Assembly: GCA_902557575.1 (NCBI GenBank)
Contig: CACEAR010000001.1
Span: 470,674-534,673 of the forward strand
Source: an uncultured SAR86 cluster bacterium
Lineage (GTDB): Bacteria > Pseudomonadota > Gammaproteobacteria > Magnimaribacterales > D2472
Reading direction: 5' to 3'
DNA length: 64,000 bases
Part shown: positions 31,210 to 41,296 of the stretch, in pieces
Layout of the letters: every line of letters starts with the position of its first letter
Numbering within the stretch: the first letter of the stretch is position 1
Made by a program: the position numbers and the translations under genes
The notes under the pieces: generated by a model
The model's input: the letters and a program-made list of their open reading frames with translations, nothing else
Told to the model about the DNA's origin: nothing
Database searches by the model: none

Positions 31210-31689
31210 ATGGAAAAAGAAAGAATAAAAGAAATTATTGAACCCATTGTAAATGATCATGGGTGTGATTTTTGGGGCTTAGAGATCTCCCAAGGTAAGA
31301 ATATTCCTACATTAAGGGTTTTTATAGATGCCATAAATGGCGCCACTATAGATGATTGTGAAAATATCTCTAAAGATTTAAATCTTGAACTTTCAGTTGA
31401 TTCAGATTTTATAGATGATTATGTTCTTGAAGTTTCAACTCCAGGTCTTGATAGAAAATTCTTTTATAGCTACCAATTGAATGATTTTGTAGGAAAAACA
31501 TTAAAGATAAAGCTGAAAGACAAGATTAATGATAAAAAAACATTTAAAGCAATTTTGAAGTCAGTCGAAAATGATTCTCTAGAACTAAATATTGGAAAAG
31601 AAGAATTAACTATCGACTTTGGGATAATAGATATGTGCAAATTAATGCCAAATTACAAAGAAATTTTGAGGGAAAAAAATGGAAGGTAA
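31210..31689 (+). CDS. rimP: Ribosome maturation factor RimP (start moved to ATG 31210)
   Basis: LRVFID...TIDDCENISK, YVLEVSTPGLDR; the longer ORF start runs through the terminator. Confidence 0.93.
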   Translation: MEKERIKEIIEPIVNDHGCDFWGLEISQGKNIPTLRVFIDAINGATIDDCENISKDLNLELSVDSDFIDDYVLEVSTPGLDRKFFYSYQLNDFVGKTLKIKLKDKINDKKTFKAILKSVENDSLELNIGKEELTIDFGIIDMCKLMPNYKEILREKNGR

Positions 31690-33139
31690 AGAAATTTTAG
31701 CTGTTGTAGATTCTGTCTCCTCAGAGAAGGGTCTTGAGAAAGATGTTATTTTTGTTGCTATGGAGTTAGCAATCGCATCTGCCTCACAAAGACACTTTCA
31801 TGAGGATGCTCAACTTATTGTTGAAGTAGACAGAGAATCTGGAGAATTCATTACAAAAAGACAGTGGGAAGTGCTTGATGAGAATGATGAAGAATTTCAC
31901 AGGGAATCTTACATATCACCTTCTGAATCATCTATGGAGATTGGAGAACTTTATTTTGAGCAGGTTGATAATGTTGAGTTTGGAAGGATTGAAACGCAAG
32001 CAGCTAGACAGGTCATGCTTCAAAAAGTTAGAGAAGCTGAAAAAGAGCTTATCGTTTCGAAATTTCGCTCTAGTGACAATAATTTAGTATCTGGATTCGT
32101 TAAGAGGGTTACAAGAGACAATATTATTGTTGATCTAGGTCAAGATGCTGAAGCTATTCTTCCAAGAGACCAGATTTTACCCGGAGAAATTTTTAAAATT
32201 AATGACAGAGTTAGAGCTGTATTACAAATAAAAGAGATTGAAGGCAGAGGACTTCAATTAATGTTAAGTAGGATTTGTTCAGAAATGGTTACTGAGCTCT
32301 TTAGAATAGAAGTACCTGAAGTCAATGAAGATGTAATAGAAATAAGAGGTGTTGCTAGAGATCCAGGATCTAGATCAAAAATAGCTGTTAAAACTAATGA
32401 TGGAAGAATTGATCCTGTAGGTGCCTGTGTTGGGATGAGAGGATCAAGAGTTCAAGCAGTTTCTGGAGAGCTTGGCAATGAAAGAATAGATATCGTAATT
32501 TATGATGATAATCCTGCCCAATTGGTAATTAATTCTTTAGCGCCGGCTAAGATTGAGTCAATAGTCTTAGATGAAACATCAAAATCTATGGAGATTGCTG
32601 TCAATCAAGAAAATCTTGCACTAGCAATTGGAGCAAGAGGTCAGAATATTAGATTAGCATCAAAACTTTCGGGTTGGGACTTAAATATTATAAGCAGCGA
32701 AGAAGCAGAAGCTAAAGAAAAGGTTGACGAGACTGAATTCCTTGGAAAGCTTGTTGCTAGTCTTGAAGTAAGTGAAGAATCAGCAGAATCAATTATTGAA
32801 TTAGGATTAAGGAGTTTTGATGATATTGCATACGCTTCCAAGAAAAAACTTTCAAATATTTTTGAAGATGAAGAAGAAATTCAAAGAGTGAAAAGTGCTG
32901 CTGAAGATGCAGCTCTTCTAGAGGCAATGAGCGAAGTTGAGCAGGATGAACAAGATCAAGAGTCATTAACTGATCTTGAGTTAAGCGATGAACAGGTAAA
33001 TGCACTGACTAAATCAGGCATCAAGAATAAAGATGATTTAGCTGAACTTGCTACAGATGAGTTAATGGAAATAATTGATATTTCTGAGGATTCCGCCTCA
33101 GAAATGATTATGAAAGCAAGGGAGCATTGGTTCAAATAA
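31679..33139 (+). CDS. nusA: Transcription termination/antitermination factor NusA with acidic C-terminal repeats
   Basis: FGRIETQAARQV, S1, ARDPGSRSKIAV, GACVGMRGSRVQ, AIGARGQN. Confidence 0.98.
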   Translation: MEGKEILAVVDSVSSEKGLEKDVIFVAMELAIASASQRHFHEDAQLIVEVDRESGEFITKRQWEVLDENDEEFHRESYISPSESSMEIGELYFEQVDNVEFGRIETQAARQVMLQKVREAEKELIVSKFRSSDNNLVSGFVKRVTRDNIIVDLGQDAEAILPRDQILPGEIFKINDRVRAVLQIKEIEGRGLQLMLSRICSEMVTELFRIEVPEVNEDVIEIRGVARDPGSRSKIAVKTNDGRIDPVGACVGMRGSRVQAVSGELGNERIDIVIYDDNPAQLVINSLAPAKIESIVLDETSKSMEIAVNQENLALAIGARGQNIRLASKLSGWDLNIISSEEAEAKEKVDETEFLGKLVASLEVSEESAESIIELGLRSFDDIAYASKKKLSNIFEDEEEIQRVKSAAEDAALLEAMSEVEQDEQDQESLTDLELSDEQVNALTKSGIKNKDDLAELATDELMEIIDISEDSASEMIMKAREHWFK

Positions 33140-33142
33140 AAG

Positions 33143-35425
33143 ATGGCACAAACAACGGTTAAAGATTTTGCAAAGACTCTTAAAATCTCTGAGGAAGCAT
33201 TACTTAAAAGAATGTCATCTGCTGGATTGTCTCATAGCAGTGCAACAGACGAAGTAACGACAGCCCACAAACAAATTCTTCTAAGATCTTTAAAGCAGAA
33301 ACAAAAACAAACTTCATCATCAATATCATCATCATCAGGGGTTGGCATAAAGGTTAAATCTAAAGGTGGGAAAGCTATTTCTGATTCTAGTGAAACTAAG
33401 AGCTACTCGGACAATATTGAGGCGAAAAGACAGGCTGCTTCTGAAGCATTGAAAGCTGAGCAGGTAAAAAGGCAAGAACAGCTAAAAGAGGCTGCCTCTA
33501 AAAGAGAAGCAAGATTCAAAGCAGAACAGAAAAATAAAGAAAATACAAAAGCTGCTGAAAAACCTAAGAATGTTAAAGAAGAGCTTTCAAAAGCAGCTGA
33601 GAAGTATACAGAAAGTGATGGAATGGATATTGATGATCCAAAGCACAAGTTTGAAAAGCCTCAAGAATTTATTAAAAAAGATATTGAGATACCAGAATCT
33701 ATTCAAGTTGGAGAATTAGCAAAATTAATGGCAATTAAGGGTGGTGAGCTAGTAAAAACTCTAATGGGTTTAGGAGTTTCTGCAACCATTAATGATATTT
33801 TAGATCAAGAAACAGCGATATTGGCTGTAGAAGAAATTGGTCATAACAGCATTGCAAAGGCCTCAGATGATGTTGAAGAGGAATTATTAAATCAAATTAC
33901 TTATGACGGTAAAGAAAAAACAAGATCTCCTGTTGTAACAGTAATGGGTCATGTGGATCATGGTAAAACAACACTTTTAGATTTTATTAGGAAAGCTAAA
34001 GTAGTTGATTCAGAGGCTGGAGGCATTACACAACATATTGGTGCTTATGAGGTAAAGTCAAAGGATAGCAGTATAACTTTTATAGACACACCAGGACATG
34101 CAGCTTTTTCTTCTATGAGAGCTAGAGGAGCAAATACAACTGATATTGTTGTGTTAGTAGTTGCTGCAAATGACAGCATTATGCCCCAAACTGAAGAAGC
34201 TATAAATCATGCAAAAGCTGCTGAAGTTTCGATAATAGTTGCTATTAATAAGATGGATCTTCAGGGAGCAGATGCTGAAAAGGTAAAAGGGGATTTGGGA
34301 GCAAAAGACCTAGTGCCAGAAGACTGGGGTGGCAATGTTCAGATGATTCCTGTTTCAGCCCTCAATGGTGAAGGGGTCGATAAGCTTCTTGAAGCAATTT
34401 CTCTTGAAGCAGAAATTCTTGAACTTAAAGCTTTTCATGAAGGAGATGCTCAAGGTGTCGTAATTGAATCTGAATTAGATAAATTTAAAGGAGCTGTCTC
34501 AACATTCTTAGTTCAGAATGGTTGTTTAAAGGTTGGTGACGTTGTGATCAGTGATATGTCTATGGGGAAAGTAAAGGCAATAACGAATTCATCTGGAGAG
34601 AAGATTAAGCAAGCGGGACCATCATCAGCTGTTGAGGTGCTTGGTCTTGATACTGCTCCAAATGCAGGAAGCTCCTTCCAAGTTGTTAAAAATGAAAAAG
34701 CTGCTAGAGAAGTTATAGATTTTAGAAATAGTAAGCAAAAAGAAAAGAAACAAATTAAGCAAAAAGATGACAGCATGGGAGATATTTTTGAATCAATGGG
34801 CCAAGCTTCGATGAAGTTTCTAAACCTAATAATTAAAACTGATGTTGCAGGAACTGCTGAAGCTATAAACGCTTCTCTTGCTAAAATAGGGAATGATGAG
34901 GTTTCAATTAAGATTGTTGCCTCTGGAGTTGGCGGCATTACAGAATCCGATGCAAATTTAGCAATTACAACTAACTCAAGCATTGTCGGTTTCAATGTTC
35001 GTGCTGACAATGCAGCAAAAAAGATAATTGAAAAAGAAGGAATTGACTTAACTTACTACAGCATTATTTATGAACTCATTGATGATGCTAAAGCAAAATT
35101 AAGCGGATTACTTGACCCAATTATTAGAGAAGAGATAGTTGGAACAGCTGATGTTCTTGAAGTATTCAATTCACCAAAATTTGGTCAAGTTGCCGGTTGT
35201 GTTGTTGTAGAGGGGACTGTTCTAAGGAATAAGCCGGTAAGAGTTCTTAGAGATGATATTGTAATTTTCCAGGGTGAGTTGGATTCTTTAAGAAGATTCA
35301 AAGATGATGTTAATGAAGTCAAGAATGGAACAGAATGCGGAATGGGTATCAAAAATTATAAAGATATTCGAGAGGGAGATAAGATTGAGGTATTTGATAG
35401 GAAAGAAGAATCTCAATCAATTTAA
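33143..35425 (+). CDS. infB: Translation initiation factor IF-2
   Basis: [37 protein letters not shown]. Confidence 0.99.
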   Translation: MAQTTVKDFAKTLKISEEALLKRMSSAGLSHSSATDEVTTAHKQILLRSLKQKQKQTSSSISSSSGVGIKVKSKGGKAISDSSETKSYSDNIEAKRQAASEALKAEQVKRQEQLKEAASKREARFKAEQKNKENTKAAEKPKNVKEELSKAAEKYTESDGMDIDDPKHKFEKPQEFIKKDIEIPESIQVGELAKLMAIKGGELVKTLMGLGVSATINDILDQETAILAVEEIGHNSIAKASDDVEEELLNQITYDGKEKTRSPVVTVMGHVDHGKTTLLDFIRKAKVVDSEAGGITQHIGAYEVKSKDSSITFIDTPGHAAFSSMRARGANTTDIVVLVVAANDSIMPQTEEAINHAKAAEVSIIVAINKMDLQGADAEKVKGDLGAKDLVPEDWGGNVQMIPVSALNGEGVDKLLEAISLEAEILELKAFHEGDAQGVVIESELDKFKGAVSTFLVQNGCLKVGDVVISDMSMGKVKAITNSSGEKIKQAGPSSAVEVLGLDTAPNAGSSFQVVKNEKAAREVIDFRNSKQKEKKQIKQKDDSMGDIFESMGQASMKFLNLIIKTDVAGTAEAINASLAKIGNDEVSIKIVASGVGGITESDANLAITTNSSIVGFNVRADNAAKKIIEKEGIDLTYYSIIYELIDDAKAKLSGLLDPIIREEIVGTADVLEVFNSPKFGQVAGCVVVEGTVLRNKPVRVLRDDIVIFQGELDSLRRFKDDVNEVKNGTECGMGIKNYKDIREGDKIEVFDRKEESQSI

Positions 35426-35431
35426 CTTAAT

Positions 35432-35761
35432 ATGTCCTTAAGACCTGAAAGAATCGCAGATTATCTTAAAAAAGAAATTTCAAATATAATTCTTCAAAAA
35501 GTTAGAGATCCAAGACTTAAATCTATAGTTATAAACCATATTTCTGTAACACAAGACATTTCAGTTGCTAAAGTCTTTTATTCGGTCTACAAAAATGAAA
35601 CTGAATTAAATGAAAAAATTCTTTCAAAATTTTCAGGCATGATTAGAAGCGAGATCTCAAAATCAATGAAAATTAGAAGGGTACCTAAGATTCTATTCAT
35701 TTTTGATAAAACGCCTGAGGAAGCAGACAACATAGAAAATCTTTTAAAGAATATTAAATGA
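35432..35761 (+). CDS. rbfA: Ribosome-binding factor A
   Basis: RPERIADYL, RDPRL, RRVPKILFIFD; synteny. Confidence 0.92.
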   Translation: MSLRPERIADYLKKEISNIILQKVRDPRLKSIVINHISVTQDISVAKVFYSVYKNETELNEKILSKFSGMIRSEISKSMKIRRVPKILFIFDKTPEEADNIENLLKNIK

Positions 35762-36429
35762 ATTCAGGTATTTTTTTAATAAATAAAGACAAGGGTCTTT
35801 CATCTAATAAAGCTATCCAAAAAATAAAAAGAAGGCTGGACATAAAAAAAATCGGTCATTTTGGCACACTTGATCCTTTGGCAGAAGGCTTGTTAGTGTG
35901 TGGAATTAATAAGGGAACAAAGTTATCAGAAAGATTCCTAAATCTAGATAAGTCATACTTTTCAAAAATTATGTTGGGGATTCAAACAACAACTGATGAC
36001 TCTGAGGGGAGTGTTATTGAGGAGAAAAAGATTCAAGTAAGTGAAAAAGAAATTATTGAAATGATTAAAACCTTTGTAGGTGAGTCAAAGCAAAAAGCTC
36101 CATTTTTCTCTGCTTTAAAATATAAAGGTAAACCGCTTTATAAGCATGCAAGAGAAGGAAGACTGATAGAAAAAGAGCCCAGAGATATAAAAATTTACAA
36201 GATATTAAATATTGCTGTAGAAAATGCTTTTGTTTCCTTTGAAATATCTTGCTCCAAGGGCACCTATATTAGATCTATTGCAAGAGACTTGGGTGACAAG
36301 CTTGGATGTGGCGGCCATTTAGTTGAGCTTGTTCGGCTTTCTCAAGGTAAATTTCAACTTAAAGATGCAAAAAAAGTAGATGATGTTCAAATGAGTGATT
36401 TGATAAATATGGAGGATTTATCCTTTTAA
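35758..36429 (+). CDS. truB: tRNA pseudouridine(55) synthase, lacking the C-terminal domain (223 aa)
   Basis: KIGHFGTLDPLAEG, FSALKYKGKPLY, CSKGTYIRS, LVRLSQGKF. Confidence 0.93.
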   Translation: MNSGIFLINKDKGLSSNKAIQKIKRRLDIKKIGHFGTLDPLAEGLLVCGINKGTKLSERFLNLDKSYFSKIMLGIQTTTDDSEGSVIEEKKIQVSEKEIIEMIKTFVGESKQKAPFFSALKYKGKPLYKHAREGRLIEKEPRDIKIYKILNIAVENAFVSFEISCSKGTYIRSIARDLGDKLGCGGHLVELVRLSQGKFQLKDAKKVDDVQMSDLINMEDLSF

Positions 36430-36473
36430 ATTTAAAAGAAATTAGTTGTTAATATCTTTAAATACCTTTAAGC

Positions 36474-36541
36474 TACGCACTCAAACTTTAGACATGCGAG
36501 GTTTGACGGGTGTAAATAAATAAAAATGTATGTCCTAGGAG
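36474..36541 (+). promoter_or_regulatory. Candidate structured rpsO 5' leader (hairpin plus pseudoknot next to the SD)
   Basis: Stem 36481-88/36499-506; loop GACATGCG complementary to TGTATGTC (36527-34), 2 nt before AGGAG. Confidence 0.5.
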
Positions 36542-36548
36542 AATAATT

Positions 36549-36818
36549 ATGGCGCTTTTAAAAGACGAAAAAGCTAATTTAGTCAAAAAATTTCAGAAGG
36601 ATGAAAACGACACTGGATCTTCAGAGGTTCAGATAGCTTTACTTACGGAAAATATTAATAAACTTCAAAGTCATTTCAAGACACATAAAAAAGATCATCA
36701 CTCAAGAACAGGTCTAATTAGGATGGTTAATCTCAGAAGAAAACTTTTAGCATATTTGAAAAGAACTAATCCTGAAAGTTATAAAAAAATTATTACAGAC
36801 CTTAATTTAAGAGGATAA
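36549..36818 (+). CDS. rpsO: 30S ribosomal protein S15
   Basis: [32 protein letters not shown]. Confidence 0.99.
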   Translation: MALLKDEKANLVKKFQKDENDTGSSEVQIALLTENINKLQSHFKTHKKDHHSRTGLIRMVNLRRKLLAYLKRTNPESYKKIITDLNLRG

Positions 36819-36821
36819 AAC

Positions 36822-38906
36822 GTGGAAAAACATTTAGAACCGAAATCATTATCATTTGAATATGGGGGTAAAGAAATAACCCTAGAAACAGGAAGAATAG
36901 CTAGACAAGCAACTGCAGCTGTCCTTGTTACTGTGGATCAAACCCAAGTACTAACAACAGTTGTTGCAAAAAAAGAAGCTGATCCTGGAAAGGATTTCTT
37001 CCCACTTGCAGTTTTTTATCAAGAGAAATTTTATGCGGCAGGAAAGATTCCTGGTGGGTATTTTAAGAGAGAAGCTAGACCAACTGAGAAAGAAACATTA
37101 ACGTCCAGACTTATTGATAGACCAATTAGGCCTCTATTCCCTGACGAGTTTAAAAATGATGTTCAGATTATGTCTACGGTCATTTCTTCTGATGAAGAAT
37201 TTTCTTCTGACATTGCAGCTATGATTGGGGCATCTGCAGCATTATCTTTGTCCGGTGTGCCTTTTCAAGGACCTATTGGTGCTGCTAGAGTTGGTTTTAT
37301 TGATGGGAGCTATGCTCTCAATCCATCAAAAAAAATAATGGATCAGTCTTTCCTGGATATGGTAGTTGCTGGTACATCTGAAGCAGTTCTTATGGTTGAA
37401 TCTGAGGCAAGCGAACTTAATGAAGATCTTATGCTAGGCGCTGTATTGTTTGGTCATAAATCTATGCAGATAGTTATTGATAAAATAAAAGAGTTTAGAG
37501 AATTAGTGGGTGTTGAGGACTGGATAGTTGAAAAAGATGAGGAAACACCTAGATATTTTGCTGAACTTGAATCAGATTTTTCATCCAAGATTGAAGAAGC
37601 ATTTACAATTGCAAAGAAATCCGACAGATCTGAAGCTATTAACGCAGTCCGTCTTGAAATTCTAGAAAAATATGAAGATCTTGATGAGTTAGCTACTGGA
37701 AAAGTAATGAGTGCCTTCAAAAAACTTGAGAGTCAAATAGTTAGGAAAAATATTCTTTCAGGTAAACCAAGAATCGATGGAAGAGATTTAAATACCGTAA
37801 GACAATTAACAGTTGAAACCGATGTTCTAAATAGAGCTCATGGTTCAGCTTTATTCACCAGAGGTGAAACTCAGGCGTTGGTAGCTGCAACGCTTGCATC
37901 TCCTCGAGATGCTCAAAGGCTTGAATCACTTGATGGCGAAGAACATGATCATTTTATGCTTCATTATAATTTTCCTGCTTATTGCGTAGGTGAGATTGGT
38001 ATGCCAATGGGCCCAAAAAGAAGGGAGATTGGGCATGGTAATTTAGCAAAAAGAGCTATAAAAGGAGTTCTTCCAGACTTTGATGATTTTGGTTACACAG
38101 TGAGAATAGTTTCTGAGATTACAGAATCCAATGGTTCAAGTTCAATGGCCACCGTATGTGGAACTTCTCTTTCCTTGATGGATGCCGGAGTGCCTCTAAC
38201 AGCTCCTGTTGCTGGAATAGCAATGGGTTTGATTAAAGATGGTGATGAGTTTGCAGTTCTAACAGATATCTTAGGAGATGAAGATCATTTGGGAGATATG
38301 GATTTTAAAGTTGCTGGATCAGAAAAAGGAATAACAGCATTGCAGATGGATATAAAAATTGATGGCATTAATGAAAAAATAATGGATGAAGCGCTTACCA
38401 GTGCAAAAGATGCAAGAATGCATATTCTTGAAAAGATGAATGAAGTTCTTTCTAAGCCTAAGGAGTTAGCTTCAGATGCTCCATCAATGCAAAAATTCAT
38501 GGTTAATAAAGATAAGATAAAAGAAATTATTGGAAAGGGTGGAGCAGTCATTAAGTCTATCCAAGAAGAGTCCGGAGCTGTTGTGGACATAAACGATACT
38601 GGAGAAATATCAGTCTTTGGTGATAACCAGGCTAAGATGCAGGCAGCACTTGATATTATCGATAAGATTATTGAAGAGCCTGAATTAGACAAAGTTTACG
38701 AAGGAACAGTTGTTAAGATTGTAGACTTTGGAGCATTCGTAAATATTTTACCTGGGAAGGATGGATTGCTTCATATTTCAGAGATTTCGGAAGAGAGAAC
38801 TGAGGATGTTTCAGCAGTTTTAGAAGAAGGACAGAAAGTTACAGTTAAGCTTATTGGTTTTGATAGAGGAAAAATGAAACTATCAATTAAAGCCCTTAGT
38901 AAATAA
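36822..38906 (+). CDS. pnp: Polyribonucleotide nucleotidyltransferase
   Basis: [45 protein letters not shown] and S1 domains. Confidence 0.99.
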   Translation: MEKHLEPKSLSFEYGGKEITLETGRIARQATAAVLVTVDQTQVLTTVVAKKEADPGKDFFPLAVFYQEKFYAAGKIPGGYFKREARPTEKETLTSRLIDRPIRPLFPDEFKNDVQIMSTVISSDEEFSSDIAAMIGASAALSLSGVPFQGPIGAARVGFIDGSYALNPSKKIMDQSFLDMVVAGTSEAVLMVESEASELNEDLMLGAVLFGHKSMQIVIDKIKEFRELVGVEDWIVEKDEETPRYFAELESDFSSKIEEAFTIAKKSDRSEAINAVRLEILEKYEDLDELATGKVMSAFKKLESQIVRKNILSGKPRIDGRDLNTVRQLTVETDVLNRAHGSALFTRGETQALVAATLASPRDAQRLESLDGEEHDHFMLHYNFPAYCVGEIGMPMGPKRREIGHGNLAKRAIKGVLPDFDDFGYTVRIVSEITESNGSSSMATVCGTSLSLMDAGVPLTAPVAGIAMGLIKDGDEFAVLTDILGDEDHLGDMDFKVAGSEKGITALQMDIKIDGINEKIMDEALTSAKDARMHILEKMNEVLSKPKELASDAPSMQKFMVNKDKIKEIIGKGGAVIKSIQEESGAVVDINDTGEISVFGDNQAKMQAALDIIDKIIEEPELDKVYEGTVVKIVDFGAFVNILPGKDGLLHISEISEERTEDVSAVLEEGQKVTVKLIGFDRGKMKLSIKALSK

Positions 38907-38922
38907 AGTTCTAAAAGTCAAA

Positions 38923-38951
38923 TTGCGTTAAATATCCATTTGAGGTAATTT
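38923..38951 (+). promoter_or_regulatory. sigma70 promoter for small membrane protein 1
   Basis: TTGCGT - 17 nt - TAATTT. Confidence 0.5.
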
Positions 38952-39014
38952 GAAAACCATCATCAATTTTGGTTTCATATGCGTGTTAACCATTACCTTT
39001 ATAGGGGGGGAATT

Positions 39015-39233
39015 ATGGAAACTGGAATGAAAATGATTGGTGATTTAGTATCAGGTCTTACTAAGATTCTGATTGCTGTTATCGGGTTAGGTGTTGTAGC
39101 TGGTATCGTTTTTGGTGATACTTGGTTCTTCGGCGATGTTCTTTCAAATCTTCTTGGTGTTGTTTCATCACTAGGTGATGCTGGACTCGTTGGATTACTT
39201 GTTGCTGCTATCCTAATAGGATTGCTTAAGTAA
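39015..39233 (+). CDS. Small (72 aa) Gly-rich hydrophobic hairpin membrane protein, unknown function
   Basis: Purine-rich RBS AGGGGGGG 4 nt before ATG 39015, two hydrophobic segments, followed by a strong hairpin; paralogous to the next ORF. Confidence 0.85.
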   Translation: METGMKMIGDLVSGLTKILIAVIGLGVVAGIVFGDTWFFGDVLSNLLGVVSSLGDAGLVGLLVAAILIGLLK

Positions 39234-39245
39234 TCATTTATTCTT

Positions 39246-39276
39246 TCAAAGGGAGATTAATTTCTCCCTTTGACTT
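39246..39276 (+). terminator. Intrinsic terminator after small membrane protein 1
   Basis: 11-bp perfect inverted repeat TCAAAGGGAGA / TCTCCCTTTGA; GGGAGA/TCTCCC core followed by TTTGACTT. Confidence 0.75.
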
Positions 39277-39288
39277 AAAATCTTAAGA

Positions 39289-39525
39289 ATGAAGCTAGAT
39301 TTTTACTACTCATTAAACAAAATCAAAAGTTACCTCAAGCAGGTCACAGACGTTCTTTTAGTTGTAGTCGCAGTTGCTCTATTGCTAGGAGTTCTTTTTG
39401 GTCCTGATGCCCCATTTGTTGGAGCAGTATATTCAAACCTTGTTACTATATTAGATACTATTGGGGATAGCGGAGTTGTTGCTCTTGTATCCTTGATAAT
39501 AATTTTTTTAATAAACAAGAAGTAG
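39289..39525 (+). CDS. Small (78 aa) hydrophobic hairpin membrane protein, paralog of 39015..39233
   Basis: Shares FG-(P)D..F.G.V.SNL-x7-GD.G.V.L with the upstream ORF. Confidence 0.8.
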   Translation: MKLDFYYSLNKIKSYLKQVTDVLLVVVAVALLLGVLFGPDAPFVGAVYSNLVTILDTIGDSGVVALVSLIIIFLINKK

Positions 39526-39529
39526 AAAT

Positions 39530-39606
39530 TGGTGGCTATGGGTGGAATTGAACCACCGACCCCAGCGTTATGAGTGCTGTGCTCTAACCATCTGAGCTAC
39601 ATAGCC
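39530..39606 (-). tRNA. Elongator tRNA-Met(CAT), 77 nt
   Basis: GGCTATG/CATAGCC acceptor, anticodon arm CAGCA-CTCATAA-CGCTG; resembles enterobacterial metT (GGCTACGTAGCTCAG...). Confidence 0.93.
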
Positions 39607-39641
39607 ATTGACCCGAAATAATAATTTACTCTCAATAAAAG

Positions 39642-40733
39642 TCAAACATTAAATTTAAAGTGGGCTATGTCACCATCTTTAAATATGTAATCTTTCCCTT
39701 CCAATCTTAACTTACCATTTTCTTTTGAGCCTGCCTCGCCACCAAAAGATATATAGTCTTCAAAGCTAATAATTTCTGCCTTAATGAAACCTCTCTCAAA
39801 GTCTGTATGAATTCTTCCAGCTGCTTGAGGAGCAAGAGAGCCTCTTTTTAATGTCCAGGCTCTCAGTTCGTTTGGGCCAGCAGTAAAAAAAGTATCCAAA
39901 CCAAGTATTTCATACCCTTTTTTAATAATTTTATTAAGGGCTGGTTCTTCTATACCTTCTAATTCTAGAAAATCTTTTTTATCCTGCGGATCAAGGTTCG
40001 CTATTTCTTCTTCTAATTTAATTTGAACTTCAATAACTTCTTGATTCATTTTTTTTGCATATTCCTTAAGATTATCAAGATTCTCTTTGGATGATTTAGT
40101 ATCAGAAACATTTGCAATGAAGAAGATTGGTTTAGTTGTTAATAATTGAAAAGACTGAATTATTTTTAGATCCTCTTTATTGGAGAAGTCAGATATATCA
40201 ATAAAATCTCCAGACTCAAGAGTTTTTATACAATTCTCAATTAAGTTAAATTCATTAGCTAAATCCTTATCTCCAGACCTTAATTTCTTTTCAATTTTTT
40301 CTTTTCTTTTATTTAAGGTTTCTAGATCGGCAAAAATAAGCTCGAGATTTATTACCTCCGCATCTCTGGTTGAATTAATTTCACCATCTACATGAGTAAT
40401 ATTATTATCGTCAAAACATCTTACAACGTGAGCTAAGGCATTCATTTCTCTTATATTTGATAGAAAGCTATTTCCTAAACCTTCACCTTTAGAGGCGCCT
40501 TTAACCAATCCAGCAATATCAACTAAGTTTAAAGTTGTAGGTATAACTTTTTTAGCTATTACTATTTCTTGTAATGCATCAAGTCTCAAGTCAGGAACTT
40601 CAACAACTCCGACATTTGGTTCAATTGTGCAAAAAGGAAAATTTTCAGCAGGTATAGAGGATTGAGTTATGGCATTAAATAATGTTGATTTACCTACATT
40701 TGGCAAACCAATGATTCCACATTTAAAGCCCAT
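39642..40733 (-). CDS. ychF: Redox-regulated ATPase YchF
   Basis: GLPNVGKST, NFPFCTIEPN, DIAGLVKGAS, FFTAGP, GKDYIFKDGDI. Confidence 0.98.
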   Translation of the reverse strand: MGFKCGIIGLPNVGKSTLFNAITQSSIPAENFPFCTIEPNVGVVEVPDLRLDALQEIVIAKKVIPTTLNLVDIAGLVKGASKGEGLGNSFLSNIREMNALAHVVRCFDDNNITHVDGEINSTRDAEVINLELIFADLETLNKRKEKIEKKLRSGDKDLANEFNLIENCIKTLESGDFIDISDFSNKEDLKIIQSFQLLTTKPIFFIANVSDTKSSKENLDNLKEYAKKMNQEVIEVQIKLEEEIANLDPQDKKDFLELEGIEEPALNKIIKKGYEILGLDTFFTAGPNELRAWTLKRGSLAPQAAGRIHTDFERGFIKAEIISFEDYISFGGEAGSKENGKLRLEGKDYIFKDGDIAHFKFNV

Positions 40734-40734
40734 G

Positions 40735-41289
40735 TTAATTTACCAAGTTTTGAAGATTTTCTATTTCAAGGCTAAATATTTTATCTTTGTGAACCATAAC
40801 TTTTTTATATAACTCTTCAAGAAGTTGAGTCTCGGATGGTTTAAACTTTCCTAAAACCCAATTTGTAACTTCATTTTTTCTTCCCGGATGGCTAACGCCA
40901 ATTTTTAATCTTTTGAAATCTTTTCCAATAAGATTAGATAAATCTTTTAATCCATTGTGACCACCATCTCCACCACCAGATTTAAATTTTGCATCACCAA
41001 TCTGCAAATCAATATCATCATGCAATACTAAAATGTGCTCAGGTTTAGCATTTAGATATCTTTTGAGCAATGAAGCAACTATGCCACTTTCATTTACATA
41101 CACATCTGGCACCACCAAATAAACATGAGGCTCTACCTCACAAATACTACACTTTAATTTTGATTTTTTTACGAAAGTTAGTTCGTGATCTTTGGCAATT
41201 TTTTCAACCCAATCTTTGCCAATATTATGCCTGGTGTTGTTATATTTTTCTTCTGGATTTCCGATACCAAGAATAAATACCTTTTGCAC
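40735..41289 (-). CDS. pth: Peptidyl-tRNA hydrolase (true start GTG 41289)
   Basis: GIGNPEEKYNNTRHNIG, YVNESG, HDDIDL, GGHNGLKD; the longer ORF overlaps rplY. Confidence 0.93.
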   Translation of the reverse strand: MQKVFILGIGNPEEKYNNTRHNIGKDWVEKIAKDHELTFVKKSKLKCSICEVEPHVYLVVPDVYVNESGIVASLLKRYLNAKPEHILVLHDDIDLQIGDAKFKSGGGDGGHNGLKDLSNLIGKDFKRLKIGVSHPGRKNEVTNWVLGKFKPSETQLLEELYKKVMVHKDKIFSLEIENLQNLVN

Positions 41290-41296
41290 AGGGTAA

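Noticed and set aside
33314-33337. TCA trinucleotide repeats in infB as a contingency locus
   Set aside because: Short, interrupted and in frame; encodes a Ser linker in the variable IF2 N-terminus
38907-39606. tRNA-anchored integrative islet carrying the small membrane pair
   Set aside because: No duplicated tRNA 3' end (att repeat) near 38907-39014, no integrase, and no obvious compositional shift
39530-39606. tRNA-Ile2(CAT), the TilS substrate
   Set aside because: Acceptor GGCTATG and overall sequence match elongator Met (metT type), not ileX (GGCCCCT type)
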